Below are positions 14,790 to 28,439 of a DNA stretch of 64,000 nucleotides, piece after piece. The stretch lies in NCBI GenBank assembly GCA_000182565.2, contig KQ257451.1, one strand, 5' to 3'. The stretch's first letter is position 1. Each line of letters opens with the position of its first letter. Position numbers and translations under genes: made by a program. Under the pieces are notes generated by a model, which had not been told where the DNA came from, searched no databases, and saw nothing but the letters and a program-made list of their open reading frames with translations. The stretch comes from Spizellomyces punctatus DAOM BR117. Taxonomy: Eukaryota.

Positions 14790-14880
14790 TGTGTAGGCTG
14801 TTTCTAGTGTAGAGGTGACAGAAACTGGCACTAGCTACTACACCAGGGAATAAACCGGCGACAACCGGTTCGGAAAAGCC
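14790..14880 (-). ncRNA. Putative Fanzor omegaRNA, copy 1 (scaffold ~14805-14880 plus ~15-nt flank-derived guide GAAACAGCCUACACA)
   Basis: Minus strand GGCTTTTCCGAACCGGTTGTCGCCGGTTTATTCCCTGGTGTAGTAGCTAGTGCCAGTTTCTGTCACCTCTACACTA; stems AACCGG/CCGGTT and TGGTGTAG/CTACACTA; 74/76 identical to copy 2; resembles the SpuFz1 omegaRNA as recalled. Ends are inferred. Confidence 0.8.
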
Positions 14881-15518
14881 AACTAAGCTACTACTAGGCA
14901 ATTATACACGCAATACGTAACGGTTGTTTCTAACCGGATAATTGCCCACCACCACACGCGGTCCCTACTAGGCCTTGATCTGGAACTCTTGATGGCATTG
15001 AAGGCATCCAGGAGTGAATCGACTGGGCAGCATCACAAGCTGGGGGATTTTCAGTGACAAGGCTTGGAGACTAAAAACTGCATGTCAGTAACAGAATAAC
15101 ATGAAAAGAGATGATGCCATTGGTACATACCAACCAAGCTCAACTAATGTGGCAGTATAATAGCAGCTTTGTTGGTTCCGAGTGATTGTTGCTGGTTCCA
15201 GTTGGTTGTAGTCATCGGCAGGGCAAGGTGCAATGTGGGTCGTGATGAGTGTTGCGCAGATGGTTTGAGAGTTGAGGAACTGGTGAGGAAGGGAAGAGAC
15301 AGGAAAGGCCCCCCTTTTATAGACCTTGAGTGTGGCAAATGGGGTCCAGCTGAAAAAAAAAAAAAAAAAAAAACATTACATTAGCATGCCACACCGCAGT
15401 TTGGAGAACATTAGCAGGACGTCTTTCAGCGATGGGGGTTCTGATTATGCAATATAATTAACCGGATTGATCCGGATGATAATGGGTACTAGTGCCATTT
15501 ACTGTCAGCTCCACACTA
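14805..15518 (-). mobile_element. Non-autonomous TIR element, Fanzor 'ghost' copy 1
   Basis: 30-bp TIRs 14805-14834 and 15489-15518 (26/30 match, both ending in TA); homologous to 55745-56435; minus-strand 5' flank reads CATA (15517-15520); no long ORF. Confidence 0.88.
15314..15321 (-). promoter_or_regulatory. TATA box (TATAAAAG) inside ghost element 1, followed by a CT-rich tract
   Basis: AAGGTCTATAAAAGGGGGGCCTT is conserved in both copies; the same TATAAAAG core lies upstream of GAPDH. Confidence 0.6.
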
Positions 15519-15691
15519 TGTACTGCAAACAGCGTTTCAAATTACGCGTCATTAGTCATTTGAATTTCTGGAACGTTTGGTTCTTGGTAACAATTGCAAG
15601 GGAAGATCCAAAGAGCTTTTGTTCGTTTTCAAGACTTGCCACGGATCTTGCTCCTGGGGTCGGAAATCTCAACGACGGTTGCAAAAGAGAG

Positions 15692-17438
15692 ATGGCTCGT
15701 CCTCGCAAAGTTTTTGCAGAGCAACCACGCCCACCAACCAACATTGAAAGCAAGTTAGAGAACCTTGCTCGACTGGCCAAAACTGGACGAAGATCTCGTG
15801 CTCAAGCTCCGGATGAGGCACCTATCTCCCGCAATGGCCGACCAAAGAGATTTTCCGTGGACAGAGAAGACAGCGACGAAGCTGCAGGTGATAGTTTTCA
15901 CAATGGAAATGAACTACCAGCAGCGACACTTGGGAAGCGATACAGACAGGATGACGCTGACTTGCAATCAATGGAACCAGCCACTCGCCGTCGCGTTGGT
16001 GTGAGGGCAGAAGAGAACTATTATGCATCTGCGAAATGTAAGTTGACATCCGCGTCAGTTGGTGTCAGACACGACATCTGTTGAGGGAAAGGGGCGCATG
16101 TTATTCAACTATGCTGTTATAGGGTCACAATTTCCGCAGCATGATGCTATGATGGCACAAAGATCTTCTCTAAGCCATACCATTACACAGGATTACAACC
16201 CAAAAGACTACAATATACCGCCATACTTTTTCCTCTCAAAGGATGGAATGATAGCTACTTTTACCTGGCATCCCCCGAAACGTGTGCGTTTTCGTTCTCA
16301 ATATTCTTGGAAAGAACAAGGAAGGATACTTACGGTATAATTGGATAATATTCGGAACCCACACGCATAGTCATCTAAGTGGTGGATCCGCTTCCACGTA
16401 CTTACAGATCTGCAGCGATATCCAGTCAGAAGAAAACACATACCAAGAATATGACTCCGTCAAAGCTCCCCGCCTTCTCTCATTTCTGAGGTCTCATTTG
16501 CAAAAATGCATACGAAGAACAAACGGACAGCTGGCCTATCGCACTGCATACCAACTGATCAAGCCAGATGCTGCTGAATTGATTCGACAGCTACCAATGA
16601 TCGTGTTGGAGGACGCGATCCCAAATCCCCAGTATCCTGGTATGTAAAGGCTAAATTTGACGTGGCTTCATACTCAATAAGCTTCTGCAGGTCTAATATG
16701 GCTAGCATGTGCGACGGAGAAAGGGTTTCGGCCACCGATATCGATCATAGAGTGGCTGCTGGGATATGTTAGGGCTGTTGCTGACAGCCCATTTCGAGAA
16801 ACCTTTGAGGCGTCTGCCTCGTCCGACCCGCTGCAACTGGTGTCCAGATCGGTTGCTGAGCTGCCGACATCGAAGCGCGACCTGCTCTATGCCCTTCAAC
16901 TGACAAAAAGCCTACAGACATCGGCAGGTGAGCTCCAAATGCGGTGTTCAGACTGGTAGCGCTTTTGTTCATAGTGCTGTTCACTTTCTCAGGGAATAGA
17001 TTTTTGATTGACAAAACCACGCGAGCTTGGTTTGAGCGCATGCGGTCAGACAGTAATGACAACCATTATTCTAAAACTCTGTATCAAGTCCATCATGTGC
17101 CAATCGATGGGGTGCCGAATCTTCAGCCAGATGAGCTGGAACTCTCAGCTGTGGATCCATGCTGCTCCGATATATTGGACATTTTGCGTCAAGAACTGGA
17201 TGAAGAAGATCAGCAGCGATGGCCGGACGATGTAGTTCTTAAACATATGCTCAACGAGAAGAGTTGTGAGCTCCGTACAAAGATGTTAGTACCAGCAGTC
17301 TTTGGAGGGAGCGAATCAAAGAGTGCGGAAAAGCCACCTGGTGTAAATAGGATGGAGGTGGATTTGTTATGGAGAAAGTACAAAGAGAAGATTAGCCAGG
17401 CACAAAGGAGAATATTAAGGGGCGCCATCAGTAAGTGA
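15692..17438 (+). CDS. Hypothetical protein with an MgsA/RarA C-terminal-like helical motif, multi-exon
   Basis: Spliceable ORFs 15692-16036, ~16123-16337, ~16410-16640, ~16691-16927, ~16994-17438; LRSHLQKCIRR...IRQLPMIVLEDA. Confidence 0.6.
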
Positions 17439-17555
17439 TATTGCTGACAGTAATCACTATATAGCTTGTCATCGCAAACATAATGCAGTATCTTTGGCTC
17501 CCTTGTCGTGTAATACCAGCGCGATGTTATTTTGCTGTCTATCTTTGCTGATTCA

Positions 17556-18113
17556 CTATCGATCTGCAGTCTCCTTAATCACTTCATGGCCATCGAGTGT
17601 GAGAAATAATAGCAAGTCCTTGCCAACTATTGGGGAACCATCCTCACCTCCATGAGCCCGCTCATAGGTTAGACACACATCACGCAAGTCGCGCTCGATC
17701 ACAGAAGACCAGCTCTGGATATCTCCCAGCTCCTGGGAACATAGGTTACAGCTTGTAGCGGTTCAAAAGGCACCCTTGACGGTAGTCCTGTCAGTTACCT
17801 TCAAAGCTGCGTTAAAGTCATTAACTAAGGTCAGCCACTGCCGAGATTGCCGGCCATGCTGAGCAGTCGCAGCAGATAGTTTCTTTGCCTCAACCTCAAT
17901 ATCCCGCTGATTTTTGAAAGCGGAGGCAACTCTAGTAATACACCCAGCAAATGTCACCAAGGGTTTTGAATTGTCTACGTCAAAATATAGAGTACTGGAT
18001 ACTACCGGACGTTCAATGTATCCGCCAGACAGTCTGTCAACGCCGTGACCCCCAGTGTGGCATCCCGCTGCAGATGCTCTGGAACCGCTCTCTGTTATTG
18101 ACAATTGGGACAT
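17556..18113 (-). CDS. BLOC1S1: BLOC-1 subunit 1 (GCN5L1/BLOS1)
   Basis: VASAFKNQRDIEVEAKKL...QWLTLVNDFNAALK/ELGDIQSWSSVIERDL. Confidence 0.85.
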
Positions 18114-18350
18114 ATTTCTCCAAGTTATCCTTTCCTCTTACCAGAAGATAGTTTATCGTTGACCTGTTTGACCTGATGGTCTTTGAGTGTTCTTGAAAGC
18201 ATCAAAGACGAATTTGCCTCAACTTTTGGCCTCAAACGCGAGGGTTATGTCAGTCGACCACGTGAAACCAATTAACAAGCCTTGACCTCGCAGGACTGCC
18301 TCCCAGTTGACCTTGCGTCTTTGTGGGCGAGAGAACGTTTGAAGGTAACC

Positions 18351-20116
18351 ATGATGTTTGGTTGCACCCGACGAAAATGTATAAGAACGGTAGGGGTACT
18401 ACCTGTAGTGTTTGTGGTGTGTCTTGTAGGTATGTTGATATGCTAGGAACAAGCACATGTCGGGGCTTTCGCATTGTGTCATGGGCTGGCTTTTGGTAAT
18501 GTTTCTGAGTGCAGCATGGTCCTACTATGCGTACATGTTTCGGTTTTATCGTAAGTGTAATTTCACGTTGCAAATGCAGAGTGTCATTCTCGTGGCTTAC
18601 CTATTATCGCTTTTCCGTACATAGCAAAGTTAGTCTACCCGAACAGTCTAGTCCAGAGTGGTGCGTCAAGTCTTGTGTATCGTTATACCCGCGCTAACTG
18701 TACATATCTCAAATCCACTGTGTCGGCCTTTGAAAGGTCTCTATTTTGTACTTCTACACTTCCTCCTCGTCATGTTTGTCTGGAGCTATTACCGCGTAGT
18801 TAGCACGTCTCCGGGACACCCCATCAAGGTCCGGTTGCCATTGTACGCAGGAAAACAACGTGCCGATTCTTACGCACTTTGATCGGTTTTGCAGATAGTT
18901 GCCGTTCCCCCTTCCTCTACGCGGCTTGTGCCGCGAGGCATTGAGTTGAACGAAGGTGTGAGGCGAGCAGATTATCCACCACCTCTAATACCAATCAGCC
19001 ATGTCGCTGACAGCAATATGGGATCTGGTGACTCGCTATTGGAGGAGGAATCTGATCGCGGGTACACCGCGGTATCACTACACCGGGAGGACGATGAAGA
19101 TCTACGGGCATCTGCACGACCGTTGGAGACGAAGCGGGATGGTGGGCGGAGATTTTGCACAAAGTGCAACAATTGGAAACCAGACCGCACACACCATTGC
19201 TCTGTTTGTGAAAAGTGAGTTGCACTGTAAACATATCTATTAAGATTCTTGCGATGGCGATCTTAAGGACCGCTCGTTGTAATGCTCAGATGCGTGCTGA
19301 AACTTGATCATCACTGTAAGTCAGGGGCAAATCTCTACTCTGCAAATTATTCACTAATGCATCCCTTCAAATTATTGATACCAGGTCCCTGGGTGAATAA
19401 TTGCGTTGTAAGTGATCCCAAGTCTTGTTAGCTATGTCATAAAATGCTGATGGGACTTTACTGTAGGGATTTGCGAACTACAAATATTTCTGTAAGTGTC
19501 GCTGTCTGCAGATTAAGAATCATCATGCAACTTATCATAGCATCTCTTTTTCAGATCTCTTTGTCACGTACACCATGCTATATTGTTTATTTATATTCTT
19601 TACAATGATGGGTACAATATTGTGGTATGGTGGAGATGACTTGATGAAGGTACAACCTGTTTGCTTTTTTAGCATGGCGATGTGTAATGGCTAATCACAG
19701 GGACCTCTCTATTAGGGTCTTTACGGCATCGATTTTCACACGATAATGCTTTTCATCGTGAGCGGCATCTTTGCTCTCTGCCTCCTCGTTTTCGTTGCTG
19801 TACATGCGGGTCTCATATCGAGCAACAAGACGACGATAGAGAGTATGGAAGGAGCCCGAAGGGTGAGACTTGAGGATAACAGTGTGCGGCTGGCTCGACA
19901 TGTCAACATATACGATCTTGGCGCAAAGGAGAATTTCCTTCAAATCTTTGGGGCAAATTGGAGGTTATGGTTTGTGCCGTTACCAACAAGGTAATTGAAC
20001 GTTCGTTCATTTCAAACCATGAATTGTGTTGTCCAACACTTCATCTTTGCAGTCTGGGCGACGGGCATTCATTCCCCTATAACCGGGAGACATATCGAAG
20101 CCTCCTCGAGGTGTGA
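18351..20116 (+). CDS. DHHC palmitoyltransferase (Pfa3/ZDHHC2-like), many short exons
   Basis: RFCTKCNNWKPDRTHHCSVCEK/CVLKLDHHC/PWVNNCV/GFANYKYF; NKTTIES; YDLGAKENFLQIFG; GDGHSFP. Confidence 0.92.
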
Positions 20117-20399
20117 CGTATTTATCATTCTTTTCTCGGGGGGCAGAAGCAGCGTCTAGTCGCATGTTGTACCATATAGTTGGATAGAGGTTGGAGAGGT
20201 ACCATTGCGCTTAAGGAAAATATTATAGATTATGGTTTCGCGAAAGGACCCTTATGATGCACATCAGTCCATCATGGTTGCCGTCATCGCTTTTGAATAT
20301 TCAAGTCAAGCGGTTCCATCTGAAAACTCCAAGGAGATCACAACCTATACCGCGACGATACATTAACATGTCAGTCGTTGATGCCATCTTTACCTTACA

Positions 20400-21327
20400 C
20401 TAAATTTTATTTGCAATCACAATCACTAATATGAGTATAACAACTAGAATAGCAATGATTGTTGTCCCTCGCGAGTTTCTCACAGAAGACTGTAGCACCT
20501 GCTCTAGTCTTCTACCCGCCCCTCTCAGTCGTCGACTTGTTGAATCGACTCTACCTTCGGTTTCTTCTAAAAGATCAACGTGTAGATCCAATTCTTCGTT
20601 GATCAGTAGACCTATATGTTTTTGCCGTGCTATTGTTTCACTGAGCTCGTCCAGCTGCGCATCTTGCTCTGCGGTGAATATTAGATTGTGGTCACGAGCC
20701 ATCAATAGTTAAATAGGCTTGACACCCACCGTCCATTATTCTCTGTTGCAGATGAAGAGACTCTCCATTGCTCAATTCCTCATCCATGGTTGCCTCAACA
20801 GGATCCGTAAACCGAACTGCCTTGTTCCCCCCTTTATTTCGTGGACTGTTCCGCTGTGTGAACAGGTTCATTGTCTCCTCCCCGCGCGCCATCGCTTCTA
20901 TCCGATCATACTGTTTACTGAGCTGCAGTATTGCCTCCTCCCACCGACGAAGTTCGCTCTTATCCCTGGAACATTATGTTGCTGAACATTCTGACCGATT
21001 TTGGCGTGTGGTACATGGACGAACCTTCCGGTCGACTCCTCTGCATCCGATAAGCTCTGCTCGAGCTTTCCAATACCGCTTTTCAATACCGAAAGGTTCT
21101 TCTGGATACGCTCATCCAGTTCTTCTGTGGACACACCGAATTTGGCTGCGTGCTTTCTCTCCAATATACACCCTATTGTGTCCTCCCCCAAGGATGTCAG
21201 TGTTGCTCGCTCTTTCTCCCTGAAAATGCCGATATGTGAGATAACACGTACAAGTAGGAATCAACAAATACGCGCTGACAGATACGCACCATGTTCCCTG
21301 CGTTCGTGCTGCTTCCAGGTCTGTCAT
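20400..21327 (-). CDS. SYN8: Syntaxin-8-like Qc-SNARE
   Basis: QQRIMD/EQDAQLDELSETIARQKHIGLLINEELDLHVDLLEE SNARE motif; C-terminal TM. Confidence 0.82.
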
Positions 21328-21496
21328 TGTGGTCAGTTTTTGAGAATTTCGAGGAACCCGAGCCTTTGAGGCTGAACGTCAACCTCAACATCGTACACGT
21401 GATTCAGCTTACGTGGGCACCGATCATTGAGATTGTTAAGCGACATTTTATTCGCAAACAGCAAAAATTCTGATTTATACATTGAAGATTCTAAAG

Positions 21497-24080
21497 TCAT
21501 TGTATGGTACATCCACTTGAAGCCTGCCGTGCCTGCAAACGTGCTGCAGCTTCTACAGCCTTGTCTCGCTGTATCTTCTTGAGCCTACGCTCCTCACGAC
21601 GTTTCCGCCTTTCTTCTTTCGCCAATGAATGTTCAGCAGGACTTCGAGTATAGTTATGTGACGAACTTCCAGCAGTTAAGCCCTCGGCAACCTCTCCTTC
21701 TGGATCGACTCGTGGTCGTTTCGCTGCACGAGTTGTGTAATCGCGATATTGCTGCCGTCTAAGAGCCGTTGAATGCGGTGCACGTAGAGCTAGAAAACCA
21801 TGCCTGTCTGTCAGCCACAAATGCAACACCTACATCCTCTCTTCCTTTAGTTTACCTCCAACACCACCACCTTCAGTAACATTCTGAGCAACTTGTCTAG
21901 CTGCATGGTCCGCAAACGTTTCGATTCGGTAAGAGAACATTCTCTCCCTCTCCTCACCGTTAGCGTTCTCCACTTCTCCAAATGTTGGTATAACATCTTT
22001 GACCATGTCACCGTTTCGAACCGTCAAGAAACAGCTGTTGTCGTCAATAAAATTAATTCCAACTGATCCCAGTGTCTTAAATTCACTTTGGACATCTGAT
22101 AAAGTAACATCCGACGGAAAATCATAGACCTTGAATACATGTGAACGATCTGGGATATCTTTGCATTTGCGCGTGTCAGTATCAAATAGAGACCATTTCA
22201 TGTAAGGTGTTAGCCCTTACCTTCATCCCCTACTATGTTCATGTAGGGTATGTCCGATCGCATAATGTGCAGCTTATTGAGCGCAGGCTGGAAAGCGGGG
22301 GAGTCGAATGATAGAGGCAGATTTCCTTCATTCTTTACGATTTGCCCCATCAACTTTACAAATACCACTCCCGTTGCATAAGCATCATAACCAGCTTCAT
22401 GAAAATTATCAGCATCTTCATATCCGGTGAAGTCGGGATGCACAACTGTGGTCGTAGGATATTTAGGGCATTGTCCGCGATTTCACCAGGTATCACACCC
22501 ACCGATTGTTGGATACGTGAACGGTTTGAGAGAAACTCTCCGAAGAACATCCGACAATGCGGACTGCATAATAAAAGGCTGCGCAAACTAACTTGAGTTG
22601 GGGCTCTTACACTGACATGTCGGATATTGCCCACCTGTACATCAGACTCTGAATGTGCGATGTACTTCGTGTCGTATATGCTGTTTAGGTGAGGCACAGT
22701 TAATCATTGCGTCTTTGAGAGGAATACAAAAGCACCATACACGCACACAGGAAATAGATTATGCAGCCCTTGCTTGAATTCCTGCACATTCTCGGGTAAT
22801 GATCGGTGAAATTTCTCATAGGTTTGGCATAAGTCTATCACGCCATACATTAAAGACGCCGGAAAATGCAGAATGATGCGTGTGAAGACGTAAATCTTAC
22901 CAAGCATCACGTTATGGCCGATAACAGGTTTTTTGGACCTGCTAATCACTTCGATCACTTTGCGGAAACCGATCAACTGTTCCAGCTCATTCTGACACTA
23001 AATGTTATTGTGGGTGCCTTAAAAAAGGCAGACAGTGCATATTCCCACCTCCAAGTACGCCACTCTATTATTGGACCCCGATTTTCGCTCCTCATTTGTA
23101 AGCTTACGGATAGTAACATAGCCGGCGGTCCCCTCAGTGCTTAATGCCGAATTATATCTAGCGAGACAGTTTAATCAGAAAGATGTTGCAGTAAGAAGCT
23201 CATAAGAAGCATGCATTAGTGTCACCTCTTCTTGATTTCTTGATGTATCAGTCTTCGATGGAAAGAGCTGGGAGCTGCCACCTCTAAAGTCTTCTCGGAA
23301 GAATTTTGCAACCAGTTCTGAACCGCCTGTCTGCCAGGCCCAAGGAGCACACACGTCAGTGTGCCACCCATGCAACACGGCACCGAAAAGCAGTTGGGTA
23401 AGTGGCATACCGTCCCGACATGCTTACATCGTGGAATCCATAAATTCTCGATTTGCACCCTCTATTGGGATGTCATTGCCCTGCGCAACTGCTCCAATCT
23501 TTTGGCGTGCTTCTGCTTCGTCATCAAGGTTAAGAAATGGAATACCTAGTCCGTGCATGTCCCACATTAGTACATCCACACGTCTCCCCGACAATATCGT
23601 TAAACACTGTCGGCATTTACCCTGTGATATCCATTTATTGAAGTCAAACTTGTTTCCTCTCAAAAATTCTAACGATCCTATTTGAAATGAGTATTGCCGA
23701 TCGAGGCCCAGGGTACGGGAACCAGACTGCGGGAAAACGTAGCAGTTGAACGGCTTCGCTACATAAACTTTTCTTCCACTGTCCCAGGTAAAAGTACACA
23801 GTCCAAATTGAATCACTAGGAAGTTCTGTGCAGACCGTCGAATTTTTTCGTAGCGTTCCTGGACTGTATCAAGAAAAGCAATCTGATAAGGCCTTGCCGT
23901 TCCAATTCCTTCACAAAGCGCAGTATGCGGTCCAGTCAATAATTTATTAACACGTTAATAATATATGCCCGAATTTCACTCACCAGATAGTTCGGTATCT
24001 ATAGCAATGAAGTCTGCTTCTTGAACGGCTTCTTGAATGTTGGGAAGCAAAGCCTCGAAACTGTTACGAAGAACCTCCAT
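21497..24080 (-). CDS. PARN: Poly(A)-specific ribonuclease (CAF1/DEDD, R3H, RRM), multi-exon
   Basis: ADFIAIDTELSG, IQFGLCTF, FDFNKWISQG, R3H SSFHRRLIHQE, IGFRKVI, GHNVML, IYDTKY, HEAGYDAYATG. Confidence 0.93.
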
Positions 24081-24769
24081 GCTCTTCGCTGGTTGATAAT
24101 GTCCACCCAGTCTGTCACGTAAGCTCCAGAGAGAGCCAGATGGAAGACGAACGCAAAATCCGGGTTCTGTCGCTAAGTTTCTTTGTAGCGGATGGTCTGT
24201 TTTCCCACCTTGTGGGGAAGCCGGACGGCTGGCCGCAGCGCAGCGCGAGCGGCCTAATGTGTGGGTAAAACGATTGCACAGGCGAGATCGCACAGGATCA
24301 AGAGATACGCGAACAGTCGATATGTTTAGAGCTGCAATCTGCACATCAGATCCCGACTGGCTTTTCAAGGCAGAGAAGCGAAATCGCATGTTCAGTCCCC
24401 TACGAGCTCATCGTCACGTCCATGGGATTGCACGTCGTTTGGCGGCTCACGTGATGCATTCGGACGAATTCGGACAAGTCGTGCGCGACGTCCTTCTTCC
24501 CCTTTTCGCACCCACCCACTATTGAGCACACTCCTGCCGAGGCGCGACATGGATTGACATTCCATCAGCTCTCCACACTTTTCTACGCTCGTCACAGCAA
24601 CCAACCGACTTATTTTCTGCGACGTACGCCAGAGTAGAGTACTCTCAAAGCTTACCTCCCCTGCCTATACTCTCCGTGTACTTCCCCGCGATAGACTATC
24701 ACCTAGAGAGAAACCTGCCATTAACTGTATTGCAAGCTCTCTGAGTGCAAAGGCTGCGTCGTGTTTGCG

Positions 24770-28146
<3,377 letters not shown>

Positions 28147-28439
28147 ATTTCTCCTAATTCGAGATATTGGGAGGCTTGGCTTAACTAATAGGATACTTCG
28201 GACCAGAATGTGGAGGAGAAAACAACTGAAATGTGCCTGAAGTAGCGTGCTACAATTATGAGCCTTCCGATGAAAACGGCACCATGATGTGAAAATTTGG
28301 TATGGCACTTTTGGATGTTAGACTACCTGGGTCCGAGTAATTGTTATTTTCTGGTCGTTGTGGCCATTTAGATCGTTATTTGTTGCCTTGTGCTTTGGCG
28401 GACTGCCATTCATATATTGTGATTGAGAGGGATGCCGGC

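Noticed and set aside
14361-14831. ORF-track N-terminal extension of DSK2 into the element
   Set aside because: It starts at a non-ATG codon inside the TIR; the ATG at 14783 is the likely start
14805-14880. Repeat terminus as tRNA, 5S rRNA or snRNA
   Set aside because: No cloverleaf, T-loop/B-box, 5S or Sm-site signature; it overlaps a TIR and resembles an omegaRNA
15144-15384. Short ORFs inside ghost 1 (and 55983-56348 inside ghost 2) as Fanzor/transposase remnants
   Set aside because: No RuvC, zinc-finger or DDE motifs, and the frames are not conserved between copies; similarity is limited to the TATA-region DNA
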